A stretch of DNA of 64,000 nucleotides from a virus: IMG/VR virus record IMGVR_UViG_3300035703_000022, positions 74,530 through 138,529 of that record. One strand, written 5' to 3'. The notes under the pieces were generated by a model that was not told where the DNA came from, searched no databases, and saw only the letters and a list, made by a program, of their open reading frames with translations. Position 1 is the stretch's first letter. Each line of letters starts with the position of its first letter. The translations under genes were made by a program, and so were the position numbers. This document shows, one piece after another, positions 23,776 to 34,900 of the stretch.

Positions 23776-24690
23776 TCAACGAACATTCTTTGCGTACCAC
23801 TTTTCAAAATCTTCTCTACGCTTGTCACCTCTTGGTGGCATAGGAGTCTTTTCACCACGGACTTTGCCGTACTTCTTTTCGTTTTCCTTCTCTTCATCTT
23901 CTTCATGTTTCTCTGGATTTTCACGAGCTTCTTGAGCCTCATCCAGAATTTCAACTCCATAAGATTCTAGAATGGAAGATCTCCAATCTTCACTCATGTT
24001 TGCCATCATTACGAGCGCATTCTCTTCAGTCTCTGCATAACCCTCACCAAGTAAATGTCCTTTGATAAGATCAAAGATATCTACACCTGCTTTTACAACA
24101 GTAGGAGTTTTTTCTGCGGCTGCAGTCCCCTTGTTATAGAGAACTTTATTAACTTCAGCTCTAGAACCACCTTCTTTTCTGATTTTTTGAGCTTGAGCAA
24201 GTTTTGGATTTGCTTTTGCCCATGCATCCATTGCAGATCCTGCTGGTTTCGCTGGTGCTGATGGAGCGGTTGGTTTTGGTGCAGCAGATGCAGCAGGTTT
24301 TGCAACAGGGGCAGCGGCAGGTTTAGGAGATGTAGCAGGAGCTGGAGCAGGTTTTGCAGCAGGGGCAGCGGCAGGTTTAGGAGATGCAGCAGGTTTTGTA
24401 GCAGGAGTAGTTGGTTTGATTACTCCACCACCTCTAACATTTCTGTTTCTTGTTATTGGCGCCTCTGGTTTTTTTCCTGCTGCATTTCCATAAAGAAGAG
24501 TATTACCTAAAGCAACTCTATTTTTAGAGACAGTGGCATCATAAGCCGCTCTAGCTTTTGGATCTGTGGGAGCACCACGTTCCATAAGTTGTTCTACACC
24601 CTCTTCTACAATTTCTTCATTAAGAACCTCAGTGGTCTCATAAACTTTCGAATAGGCCTCAAAGAGACCTCTGATGTCTTGTCCTTCCAT
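23776..24690 (-). CDS. Pro/Ala/Lys-rich hypothetical (probably virion-associated) protein
   Basis: PAKPAA repeats and an EGYAETEENALVMMANMSEDW module of a type common in cyanomyoviruses. Confidence 0.75.
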   Translation of the reverse strand: MEGQDIRGLFEAYSKVYETTEVLNEEIVEEGVEQLMERGAPTDPKARAAYDATVSKNRVALGNTLLYGNAAGKKPEAPITRNRNVRGGGVIKPTTPATKPAASPKPAAAPAAKPAPAPATSPKPAAAPVAKPAASAAPKPTAPSAPAKPAGSAMDAWAKANPKLAQAQKIRKEGGSRAEVNKVLYNKGTAAAEKTPTVVKAGVDIFDLIKGHLLGEGYAETEENALVMMANMSEDWRSSILESYGVEILDEAQEARENPEKHEEDEEKENEKKYGKVRGEKTPMPPRGDKRREDFEKWYAKNVR

Positions 24691-24787
24691 TTTTATGCAA
24701 TAAAAAGTACTTTTATAATGTTATTTATTATTCTTACCAATTTATCAATCAATAAATATAAAAATAGGGAAAGACTGAGGAAAATTA

Positions 24788-25738
24788 ATGTCTAGACTCG
24801 GGATCAACACTGGTAGTAATCCTAATGATGGTCAAGGTGATCCATTAAGAGTTGCAATGGGCAAAATTAATAGTAATTTTGCAGAAATTTATAATTCTTT
24901 TGGTGATGGATTTAGTCTAATTAGCTATGCAAGTACTGCTGGAATTTCATCAGTTGCAAGAAATTTAACTGGAAGTCCAAGAATAAACGTTAGTGGTATT
25001 TTAAATACCGGCATCACAACAACAGAACATATAGAAGTAACAAATATAACCTCCACAGGAATAATTACTGCAACTCAATTTGTGGGAGATGGATCTCAAC
25101 TTACAAATGTTACTGCTCTTGTTGGTGGATTGGAAGTATTAGATGATAATGTAAGAAAGGGAGTTGCAAGAGAACTTAATTTTGGCGATAATATAATTTC
25201 TTCCGGACCAAATAATGTAGGAAGAGTTACTATTTCTGTAACATCAACACCATTTTCAGAAGCTTCTGGATTTGCTGACTCTGCAAATTATGCAGAAAAT
25301 TCTGGACTTGCTGATGTTGCAAATTATGCAGAAGTGTCAGGCATATCCACAAACTCTCTTTTTGCGACAACTTCTGGTTCACTCACAGGAAGTCCAGATA
25401 TTACGGTAGGAGTTGTTACCGCAAATCTATTTGTTGGTGATGGTTCTGGTATATTCAATCTTAATACTACCAATGTATCATATTGGATTCTCAACAACTC
25501 TGGAATTCATACATTTTCAAACGTCGGAATAGGCACGACAAATCCAACAATAAAATTAGATGTTGTTGGAGACGGCAAGTTTAGTGGTATAGTTACCGCC
25601 ACAAATTTTGATAGTCTACAAGATATTAGAGTTGGATTTAATACTTCTTATGGATTAATTTTAACTTCTCCAAATGGCACCAAGTATCGTCTGGTTGTTG
25701 ATGACATTGGAGTTTTAAGTACAGTTCTTGTTGAATAA
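24788..25738 (+). CDS. baseplate/tail-associated structural protein (gp9/gp10-like N-terminus)
   Basis: INTGSNPNDGQGDPLRVAMGKINSNFAEIY; VGIGTTNP fibre motifs. Confidence 0.7.
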   Translation: MSRLGINTGSNPNDGQGDPLRVAMGKINSNFAEIYNSFGDGFSLISYASTAGISSVARNLTGSPRINVSGILNTGITTTEHIEVTNITSTGIITATQFVGDGSQLTNVTALVGGLEVLDDNVRKGVARELNFGDNIISSGPNNVGRVTISVTSTPFSEASGFADSANYAENSGLADVANYAEVSGISTNSLFATTSGSLTGSPDITVGVVTANLFVGDGSGIFNLNTTNVSYWILNNSGIHTFSNVGIGTTNPTIKLDVVGDGKFSGIVTATNFDSLQDIRVGFNTSYGLILTSPNGTKYRLVVDDIGVLSTVLVE

Positions 25739-25756
25739 TTAATTATAAATTAATCT

Positions 25757-27013
25757 TCATTCAGGTTTTGGTTTAGTTTTAATGACACTCCAAATCCTTT
25801 GAAGCTCTGGGAATGTTTCAATAACATTTTCATTTCTAATTTTATCAAACTTTCTCATAGAATCTAAAAATTGAGGAATCAATCGTTGTTCTTGATATAA
25901 GTCAATATACGTTATTAAACTCTCATAAAAAACTACAGATCTTTTTGATTTATTTGGAATTAAAAAATTATCAATGTGATTTCTTATATTTTGTTTTGCA
26001 GCTTCTTTTGTTTTTTTATCCAAAATCCAAACAGACATTTCTCTTGGAGTTTGCATAAAATTTAAAAAGAAAAAATCTATATCTTTCATAAGACCACTAT
26101 TATACAAATATTGGTGTAAATCAACTATTTCAAAAATATTCAATGCCTGAACTGTACAATCAAAATGTAATCTATGTGTAATTGATTTATTTTTAAATGT
26201 TTCAATAAATTGTTCGGCATGAGACACAAATTTATCCCATTTGAATCCCTTTCGAATTAATTCACCTTTAGCTCCCATTCCATCAACACTAATGTGAACC
26301 TCTACACTTCTATTAAATTTATCCCAGACATCAAAAATGTGTCTACCCTTGTAAACAAGATTACTGAAGTTGCTATTATAGGCTAGAGTTACTTCATTAT
26401 TTCTACGTAGTTCAATTAGTTTATCCAATATTTTCCAGTGTTCATCTATAATTAGAGATTCACCTCCAGAAAAATATAAATGTTTTACCATTTTTAAATA
26501 TGGTTCGGATTCTTCGTAAGTTTTTTCCGAAGCATTCCATCTACCAGAAATTACGCCATTTTGTTCTAATTCAAAACTGGAACTAGAAGTCCAACTACAC
26601 ATTCTACATTTGAAATTACACTTATTACTTAGTTTTAAATCCCACCAAATAAATCCCGGTCTATTGACAGTATAATCAGCATTCGTATCGTATATAATTC
26701 TTTTATTATCCGAAAACAAATTATTAATAAAGTCTTGTCTTAACGAACTTTTTCCAGCGGCTTGGTTATTATAACACACTTTACAGTGTTCACTCGGAAT
26801 GTCATTCAACATATTTTCCCGAAGTTTTTTTATTGGATCATCATTCCAGATCTCCCATAAAGATTTTTTTTTAATATCTCCATAAGTATATTCAGAAACG
26901 CAACATGGTTTGACTTCACCATCTTGTCTAATATCCAAAGCCATCCAAGGAGCAACGCAGAAAACTTTTCCGTTTATATTGACTTTATTTTTATCAATCT
27001 TCTTATTAAACAT
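25757..27013 (-). CDS. radical SAM protein with N-terminal SPASM/twitch domain
   Basis: FCVAPW...PCC...CKVC, then CNFKCRMC, SGGE and SVDG. Confidence 0.9.
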   Translation of the reverse strand: MFNKKIDKNKVNINGKVFCVAPWMALDIRQDGEVKPCCVSEYTYGDIKKKSLWEIWNDDPIKKLRENMLNDIPSEHCKVCYNNQAAGKSSLRQDFINNLFSDNKRIIYDTNADYTVNRPGFIWWDLKLSNKCNFKCRMCSWTSSSSFELEQNGVISGRWNASEKTYEESEPYLKMVKHLYFSGGESLIIDEHWKILDKLIELRRNNEVTLAYNSNFSNLVYKGRHIFDVWDKFNRSVEVHISVDGMGAKGELIRKGFKWDKFVSHAEQFIETFKNKSITHRLHFDCTVQALNIFEIVDLHQYLYNSGLMKDIDFFFLNFMQTPREMSVWILDKKTKEAAKQNIRNHIDNFLIPNKSKRSVVFYESLITYIDLYQEQRLIPQFLDSMRKFDKIRNENVIETFPELQRIWSVIKTKPKPE

Positions 27014-28343
27014 TATCCCAAATCCCCTTTAGTTCAGGAAATACTTCCAAATAATTTTCATTTCTTATACAATCCAAAGCAGACATATAAGACTTGTAAT
27101 GTGGAACCAGGTGGTTCGCCTCTTCACCAGATAGAAGTTTTAGAACAGATATGTATTGTTTAATAGATTCCTTGGCTTTTGCTGGTATGAGATAATTTTC
27201 AATATGATATTTAATCTTCTGAGCTAATAATCTTCTCGACTCGGTATTAAGAATCAAGACTGACATATAATCAGGATTATGTAAAATACATAAAGAGAAA
27301 TCATCCCAACTATTGATTATACCTCTTAGATAAAGTTCTTTATGTGCATCCATAGTATGGAAACAATTTGTTACCTGGAAAACATAATTAATTTTTACAC
27401 TTGTATGAGGAAATTTGCTTCTAAACATTTTAAAATTATCTAGAAACTTCTGCCAATCGAATCCTTTACGAATCAATTCTCCACGTTTACCAGTTCCATC
27501 AAAACTTACAGACAAGTATAGGTTTGGAAACTTTTTCCACAAATCCAAAACATTTTCATCTTTATACTTTAAAGTACTAAAATTTGTATTATAGGACAAC
27601 CTGACCTTAGTATTTCTATTTTTTTCTATTAATTTTTTAAGAATTCTATAATGATGATCAGAAATTAAAGGTTCTCCGCCAGCAAAGTATACTTCTTCAA
27701 CTATATCATATAGGGGTTCAATATCTTGATGTACCATATCTACATCAATTTTTGGATATTCACCTTCAATATTAAACTCTTTCCTCATCTCTTGTTCCCA
27801 GGAACTACTATACCCAGGACTACACATTCTACATTTAAAATTACAGATATTATTTAATCTAAAATCCCAATAAACAAGATTAAATCTATCGAAAGTTCCG
27901 TCTTCTTTAGTTTCTTGTACATGTTCAAAATGTTTTGCATAAGTCTCATTCATACTGAGTCTTAAAGAACCATGTCCTATTTCTTCTTCTTTATAACATG
28001 ATGTGCAGTAACTAGATTTTTTTCCATTCATCATGTTTCTGCGGAGTTCTTTCATTTTATCATTATTCCAAATCTCCTTAAGAGACTCATTCATCAAAGA
28101 ACCCATTTTAAAATCCCTTGGATCGCCAGAACATTCCGTAGCAACGATCTCTAATGGATTTTTTACTTCATTATTATTTTCATTTGTTTCATCAGATTCT
28201 TCGTTTGAATCTTGTAAATCATCATCAAGACCTTCTGTGCCGCATATAGGCATCATGCAACAAGGATAAACATCTCCATTTGGTCCAATGTTCATATGAA
28301 CCCAAGGAGCCATACAAAAAGTTTTAGTTGATTTTATACTCAT
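27006..28343 (-). CDS. radical SAM protein with N-terminal SPASM/twitch domain
   Basis: FCMAPW...PCC...CTSC, then CNFKCRMC, AGGEP and SFDG; acidic insertion. Confidence 0.9.
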   Translation of the reverse strand: MSIKSTKTFCMAPWVHMNIGPNGDVYPCCMMPICGTEGLDDDLQDSNEESDETNENNNEVKNPLEIVATECSGDPRDFKMGSLMNESLKEIWNNDKMKELRRNMMNGKKSSYCTSCYKEEEIGHGSLRLSMNETYAKHFEHVQETKEDGTFDRFNLVYWDFRLNNICNFKCRMCSPGYSSSWEQEMRKEFNIEGEYPKIDVDMVHQDIEPLYDIVEEVYFAGGEPLISDHHYRILKKLIEKNRNTKVRLSYNTNFSTLKYKDENVLDLWKKFPNLYLSVSFDGTGKRGELIRKGFDWQKFLDNFKMFRSKFPHTSVKINYVFQVTNCFHTMDAHKELYLRGIINSWDDFSLCILHNPDYMSVLILNTESRRLLAQKIKYHIENYLIPAKAKESIKQYISVLKLLSGEEANHLVPHYKSYMSALDCIRNENYLEVFPELKGIWDNV

Positions 28344-28387
28344 AACTAATTTATTAATAACAGGTGGATAACGACGATCAATACTAA

Positions 28388-28645
28388 CTATATATGCGAT
28401 TGTTTAGAAATGTAATCTGCATATTCTTTATTTGGATGATTAATTAATCTTTTATGATAAAAATATATAATCATTTTTGCAGCAGTTCCTGTAAAAAATC
28501 CAGGAACAATACCATGTATTATACTAGAAATACCAACTAAAATCATCTTAACTCCAGCATAAGAAGCCCATAACAAATGACTTATATAAGTTTCTCTACT
28601 AGATTCCAAGTGACTTGAACTTTTCTTTAATATGTTCATTATCAT
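28388..28645 (-). CDS. small His-containing membrane protein (DUF6356-like)
   Basis: HL...ETY..HL...IIHGIVP pattern. Confidence 0.6.
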   Translation of the reverse strand: MIMNILKKSSSHLESSRETYISHLLWASYAGVKMILVGISSIIHGIVPGFFTGTAAKMIIYFYHKRLINHPNKEYADYISKQSHI

Positions 28646-28669
28646 AAATGCGATTTTATAAGTTAAATT

Positions 28670-30211
28670 TTATATTTCTAAACCTTCAAATTTTCGTAAG
28701 TACTCATCCCTACGTTTCAAAATGAATGTTGAAGGATTGGATTTTATTTCAACATGAGATCTGAAATAATCACGTAATAATTGATTATCTATTTTGACTC
28801 CCGTAAAAAATAATTTCGGATCTAAAATTTCATATTTACTTATATGATGAGCCCAACATATGTTGCCAATATTTGTATTAATTCCTCTTATTAGAATGTC
28901 TAAGTTAGATAGATCCAATTCATCGGAAACTCCTATTATAGATGTTTTCCATATAGCCAAGTATATTTCATTTACTGCCGGATCATAGACAAACTTTGCA
29001 TCTATGATTGGTTTAAATAATTCTAATATTTTATTATGACCGGCCACATCTACTACATGTTCATTTATTCTTATTAGATCTGTTCTGCCATTATGATAAA
29101 AATTATCACAATCTATTAAAAACTCATCATTTGTACAAACTTTTTGATTATAAGTTGGAATATTTACTTCCAAAAGATTTTTTTCAGTAAAAGAAATTTG
29201 ATAGTAATCGTCTATTAAGGTGAATTTATTTTGAACAAAATTATCATCACTTGCTTGGTTTATGAATATTGGTCCACTAGTTTCTGATGTTCCAAATAAA
29301 CTTATGATATTTTTTATTTTATTTTCTTTTACATATGATACCCATTCTTTTTTTATTGTAGATAGTGTATAAATTATTGTCTTCGATGGTGGGTTATTAT
29401 GATCAATACCATTTAAATAACCATCAATATCATAAGTATATGGAATCATAATGTGGTCAAAAATATTTTTATTTCTCATAAAATATTTTTCGTCATTAAA
29501 ATCTGAACAATCTCCCCAATAATTAAATATATTTTTTACATCTTTGGACATCAATGTTGGAATAAAATAAGTAGCTGGACCACTACCGTGACCTAAACAC
29601 TTTTCATTAACAACGTTCCCATAAAACATTTTAGAATTTCTCTGACATAAATCGAATAAAAATTCATGACTATGTTCTATTATTTTTGGTGTTCCAGTAG
29701 TTCCACTTGAAGTGCATCTCATTGCAATAGATTTTGGATCTACTTTTATATTCTGAGTAATATTTTCATTATATTCGTGACTTTCAATATCAGTGGAATA
29801 AATTGTATTTAAACAATGTTTAGTAAGAATAGCGTATTTACTTCTAGGGTGTTCTTTTGCAGCGGTATCATCTTCACAAATGAAGTAGTGTATTGGTGAT
29901 AGTAATTGTGTTTTAGTAGCAGAGTCTGGAGAAATTACTGTAATATTATAATCAATTATTGAAATAGAAAGTCCTAATTCCAAACAAGCAAAAACACTTG
30001 CCATTTTTCTTAAACAAGTTCCATAGTACCCAATAAGAACTGTTTCTCCTGGGTGTATTTCATAATTTGATAGAAAATAATTTTTAGTCTGATCTACTAT
30101 TTTTTCAAAATCATCGAAAGTATATTTTACAAGTTTACCTTCATCAGTAATATCATAAAATGTTATACTCTTATTGATAATATTTCTGTCTATTACATGT
30201 AAACAATTCAT
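28670..30211 (-). CDS. AMP-binding (ANL superfamily) adenylating enzyme
   Basis: TSSGTTGTPK P-loop, FGTSETSG, TND and GRTD motifs; TATAAATA at 30234-30241. Confidence 0.8.
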   Translation of the reverse strand: MNCLHVIDRNIINKSITFYDITDEGKLVKYTFDDFEKIVDQTKNYFLSNYEIHPGETVLIGYYGTCLRKMASVFACLELGLSISIIDYNITVISPDSATKTQLLSPIHYFICEDDTAAKEHPRSKYAILTKHCLNTIYSTDIESHEYNENITQNIKVDPKSIAMRCTSSGTTGTPKIIEHSHEFLFDLCQRNSKMFYGNVVNEKCLGHGSGPATYFIPTLMSKDVKNIFNYWGDCSDFNDEKYFMRNKNIFDHIMIPYTYDIDGYLNGIDHNNPPSKTIIYTLSTIKKEWVSYVKENKIKNIISLFGTSETSGPIFINQASDDNFVQNKFTLIDDYYQISFTEKNLLEVNIPTYNQKVCTNDEFLIDCDNFYHNGRTDLIRINEHVVDVAGHNKILELFKPIIDAKFVYDPAVNEIYLAIWKTSIIGVSDELDLSNLDILIRGINTNIGNICWAHHISKYEILDPKLFFTGVKIDNQLLRDYFRSHVEIKSNPSTFILKRRDEYLRKFEGLEI

Positions 30212-30247
30212 AATAAATTGATTTATATAGAAGTATTTATAGCTTGA

Positions 30248-30964
30248 TCAAATGGATAAATTATAAAGATAATAATCCATTTCATATAGATCCAAGAAGT
30301 TTTTATTATTTGCACAATACTTATTAAAAATATCATTACAAAATTCATAGTTTTTTAATTTAAATTCAAATTGCTGCATAGAATTACTATGCATTATTTG
30401 GACAGGTCTGTTCAAAATATTTGAAATTTTTTCATTGATATTTTTATCAAGTTTCAAAAAAGATATATCAATATCATATTTAAAACAAAATTTTATAGTT
30501 GATAATTGAGGTTCAGTATGTCCATCGAATATAAATTTATTATTTTTTAATTCAGACAGGAATTTATTACGAGATCCTTTTTCATCGCCATCAAAATCAA
30601 TTCCTTGATAATCATAGATATTTAAAAATTCATTTATTCCAGATATCCACCTTTCATTTGGGTCTCTAGTAACAATAAAAAATTTATATTGACTTCTATA
30701 TTTTTTTGGAATATCTAAGTCAAAATAACAGTTTGGTTGTAGAACAACCTTTACTGGAGTAAATTCTAAAGAATTTTCTATTGATGTGGAAGCATTCTTT
30801 GCGATTGGTACATATATTATTTTTTCTTTTTCTAATTCGAGAAAAGCTTGTATTTCTCTCCCACATGAAAAATCCAGTTCTTGTTTTGGAAAATACTCAT
30901 ATGAAACTGAATTAAAAACAAGATCATTATATTTTTGCCAATCTAAACTATAAATTTTTTGCAT
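30248..30964 (-). CDS. sulfotransferase family 2-like protein
   Basis: PIAKNASTS (5'-PSB), RDPNERWISG (3'-PB), HTEPQ and YEMDY. Confidence 0.75.
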   Translation of the reverse strand: MQKIYSLDWQKYNDLVFNSVSYEYFPKQELDFSCGREIQAFLELEKEKIIYVPIAKNASTSIENSLEFTPVKVVLQPNCYFDLDIPKKYRSQYKFFIVTRDPNERWISGINEFLNIYDYQGIDFDGDEKGSRNKFLSELKNNKFIFDGHTEPQLSTIKFCFKYDIDISFLKLDKNINEKISNILNRPVQIMHSNSMQQFEFKLKNYEFCNDIFNKYCANNKNFLDLYEMDYYLYNLSI

Positions 30965-31811
30965 TTTTTAAATTACTATAAATTTTTTCAGCAAATAATT
31001 TATTTGAATGTCTTCCATAATGAGCCAAATCTCTTGCATAGTCATTTGGAATTGGTTGATATAATTCACACCCCAATAACTTTGATGTTGTTGGGAATGT
31101 GGAGAATTCATATAGTGGACACTTATCTTTCCATAAATTTTTAATTAACTCCACATTTACCATATTAAATGGAATTAGGTGATCCAAAACTTTCGGAGCA
31201 TGAACGGATTTTAAAACCGATCCCGTTGATTCTTCAACTGCTGCAATTGCTTCTGGAGGATGTTCGTAAATATCTTCAAATTTTGTATTCATCAAAACAA
31301 AGTCTTTTTGATAGATAAGATGTCTGGTAATACCCGTCCAACAATAAATGACTAATTTTGGTGGCCCATATTTTTTATACAACATCAGAGAATTATGGAG
31401 ACAAAATTGTATTGAAGATCCACCTGCTCCAAGATTTATCACTGGAATTCCACTTTTTTGTTCTAAAAAATATGGAATAGTATGATTATCATCATTACCA
31501 GTTCCAAATATATGAGAACAACCAAACATTACTATCGAATTTTTCCAATCTATATCTTCAAATTCTTTTGTTCTGTATCCATAACTATTTAAAGTATACT
31601 TGATCTTATTATTTCTATAATACCAGTCTTTGGGTTGTCTCTTTAAGTTTTTTTTATAAAACTCATATGTGTCTATACCAAAAAAATCCCAAGACCCAAC
31701 AACGGAATCTCTTTGAATCACTTCAGATTCTCCGTAATTATGTACAAATACGCCTGGAAAGGGGAGAAAATTATTATTTTTTATAGAATCGACCGTATTT
31801 AAATTGATCAT
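30948..31811 (-). CDS. SGNH-like protein
   Basis: NSYGYR, FGCSHIFG, NLGAGGSS and ARDLAHYG. Confidence 0.65.
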   Translation of the reverse strand: MINLNTVDSIKNNNFLPFPGVFVHNYGESEVIQRDSVVGSWDFFGIDTYEFYKKNLKRQPKDWYYRNNKIKYTLNSYGYRTKEFEDIDWKNSIVMFGCSHIFGTGNDDNHTIPYFLEQKSGIPVINLGAGGSSIQFCLHNSLMLYKKYGPPKLVIYCWTGITRHLIYQKDFVLMNTKFEDIYEHPPEAIAAVEESTGSVLKSVHAPKVLDHLIPFNMVNVELIKNLWKDKCPLYEFSTFPTTSKLLGCELYQPIPNDYARDLAHYGRHSNKLFAEKIYSNLKNAKNL

Positions 31812-31829
31812 ATAGTAATTAAATTCAAT

Positions 31830-31934
31830 TTATTTGTATATAAAAGGGTCTTCTCGTTGCAGGTCTTTGATAAGTTTTTTGGTTTTAAAGTATTGGATAA
31901 TCTTATTATAAATCTTCTTAAAATTAATTATCAT
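31830..31934 (-). CDS. 34-aa DPFIYK peptide 2
   Basis: MIINFKKIYNKIIQYFKTKKLIKDLQREDPFIYK; late promoter TATAAATA at 31964-31971. Confidence 0.75.
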   Translation of the reverse strand: MIINFKKIYNKIIQYFKTKKLIKDLQREDPFIYK

Positions 31935-31963
31935 TTTAAAATATTATCAATATTGTATCAAAA

Positions 31964-31971
31964 TATTTATA
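31964..31971 (-). promoter_or_regulatory. T4-type late promoter
   Basis: TATAAATA 30 nt upstream of the peptide 2 ATG. Confidence 0.7.
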
Positions 31972-31987
31972 GGTTATATCATCATAG

Positions 31988-34900
31988 TTATTTTAATATA
32001 GTATTATAAACTTTTACTTCATCTTGATTTTGATCGAGAACATACAAATAATTTCCATTCAAACTCAAATGAATATCCTTTGGAGTAACTGCACCACCAG
32101 CAGATGAACCAACATAAAGAGATTTTTGGCTATAAGTAGTATTATTTATCGATAAATTGGAAATCTCATATTGAAGTATGACATTAACATCATTGACAAA
32201 AAGTTTTGTGGAATCTTGAGACTTTGTAATGGAAATCGGAGCAGTCGTCTCAGAACTTATATCTAAAAGATGTCTATCGTATCCTACTAAAGTATTGCTA
32301 GTAGTTAAATCAAATCTTAGTATAGAGTCGTACTGTTGTCCAGTTAAGTATAAGTAATTACCATTACTAGATAAAAATACATCATTAGGAACATTATCAA
32401 TTCTACTTATATCTATATTCGTAGTTTGAGTAAATGATCCCAGTGATCCGGAAGAACCAGAATTTGAAATTTGATATATTCTATCATTACCTGGACCAGT
32501 TATCCAAAAAGTAGATCCAGTTGAGTCACATGTAAATCCAGTAGCAGCACTATCTGTTGAATGCGATACGGCATTCACATAAGTAGCAGTATTTATTTTA
32601 TTTGCTGGGGATAAAGTATATCTACTAATATCATTTCCAGTATCTCCTAACATGTATAAATTTAATCCATCAGAAGTTTTGCATAATGATACTGGAGCAG
32701 AATCTTCACCAGAAAGCGAAATTACTCCAGTGTATGCAGTTTCTGGAGACCATGCGGTTTCTAGAGGAACTTCAACAACTTGAGTACCTGATAAAATATA
32801 CATAGTTAATCCATCAGAGCTAAACGCTAGCCCATCAGAATCTATTCTGTGTATTAAATTATATGATTTACCAGAATTAGTCCAACTAGAAAAATTCCAA
32901 GGTGAAGAAGTGGTATACTTATAAATTTTTTCTCCAGATTGACCTAACATCAATATAGTTTGTCCGTCGTCAGAAACCCAAACTCCAACAATATTGATAT
33001 CTGGTACACTAGTTTGGAAATTAAATGAAGTATAATTATTGGCATTATATGGTGTCGCCAATGAATAAACTCTTATATCATCACCAGTATTTCCAAAATA
33101 TGTTAATTTTGATCCATTGTCTCCAATATGAAGTCCTTGTGGAGAAGTGTCTTCTGCTATTGACATACTAGCTACATAGATACTCCCCACATCATATGCA
33201 GTATCCAGTATCATTTCATAAACTATTCCACCTGCCAAGGCATACATTTTAGTTCCATCAGTACTAATATCAATACCAGTTGGATCTACAAATATAGGAC
33301 TAACGACAGTTTTAGCAGTTATTGTTGGACTATCTGATGCGTAATCTGTAGCATTATGTTGAGTTATTTGATCAGAATCTCCAGTCAGATAGATCCTTGA
33401 TCCATTTGCATTAAATGCCAATCCTCTAGTAGCAGAATCCATTGCAACTCCCGTTGCAGTAGAGGAAACTGAGCTAACATTCCATGCATAAGCACAAGTA
33501 TAAGTTCTAACTGTATTGTTGGTAGAACCAAATACTGCAAATTTAGTTCCATTTCCAGTTCCACCAATAGTATTATCAGATTTAAATTTGATACATTCAG
33601 GAGCAGTATCTGGAGATGCAAAATATTGAGTATTGATAGCAACAGTATCGTATGGATTATCAACTTCAAATTCCCAAATTGAGGTACTGTTAATTACAAA
33701 TAATTTAGTTCCATCATTATTAAATTTCAGTGATCTTGGATCTGGCACAAAATAAGCTATGTCTTTTGTATTGCCTGTTGTTAATGTAGTATTGTAATTT
33801 ACTGAAGGTGTATATTCACGAATAATATCTGTTGAGCCCACAATCCAATATCTTGATCCATCCTCTTTTACCTCAAGACCATATGGTATAGTGTCTGCAA
33901 GTGATCCTGAATTACTAATAAATGTTCCGCTTGAAACTAGCCATGGAATTGATAAAGTATAACGATTTATATCATCTCCGGATTGTCCATATACATACAA
34001 TTCAGTTCCATTATTTGCAAATCTAGATACCATAGGAGTAGTTTCTTGAGTGGCTACATATAAAGATCCTTTATTTGCAGATAATAAGTTATGCGAGACT
34101 TCCATTGGAAATCCATAGACTTCATCTCCATCTAATACATAAATCCAGCCTCCATTTTTAGAAACTGCTAAATCTGTTGCTGCTGTAATATTAACAAGAT
34201 CGTTTGCGCCGATGGTTAATGATCTTTCTAGTGTCCATGTAATTGTTCCAGAAGCCCATGGAGTAAGAACTCCACTTTGTTTCAGACTGTATTCACGAAT
34301 AGTATCTGAAGTGTCTCCCACAACATAGAATACTGTACCTTCTGTTACACCAGAACCATATGCAACTGCAACCCCAGTTGGAGTTCCTTCAGCAGAAACA
34401 TCTTTAGTTCCAGTCATTAAAGTAGCAGTTGATAAATCATATGCAGTACCCATAGTGTAGAAAAATACGTCATCAGCTGTCTGTCCAACTAATGTAATAT
34501 ATTTTCCTGCATTAGCTCCATCTCTACTTACTTTTATACTATGTTGAACTCCGTCTGAGCCAGATACTAATAAACTAGTAGCTTCTACAGTACCAAATTG
34601 AGTAATATCCCAAAACTTTGCATCTGTTGATGTAGTCGCTGTAATTGTATAACGATAAATTCTATCATTACCAGTTCCAACTGCATATAAATGTTGTTTC
34701 CAGTTTCCTCCACCCGCATCATAAACATCTGTAATATCAAATCCAGTGTGTATTGTTTCTGTTTGAAGAGTGAATGATTTAGATTCATAAGTTGCTGTAC
34801 TAACATCCCATGCAGTACTCAATGAATATTGATATACGATATCAGATGTTGTGCTGGACATTACATACATTTTAGTGCCATCTGACTTAAATGTAAGAGC

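Noticed and set aside
24240-24410. GC-richer repeat tract as a regulatory or mobile element
   Set aside because: Explained by a Pro/Ala/Lys-rich coding linker with a 54-nt duplication.
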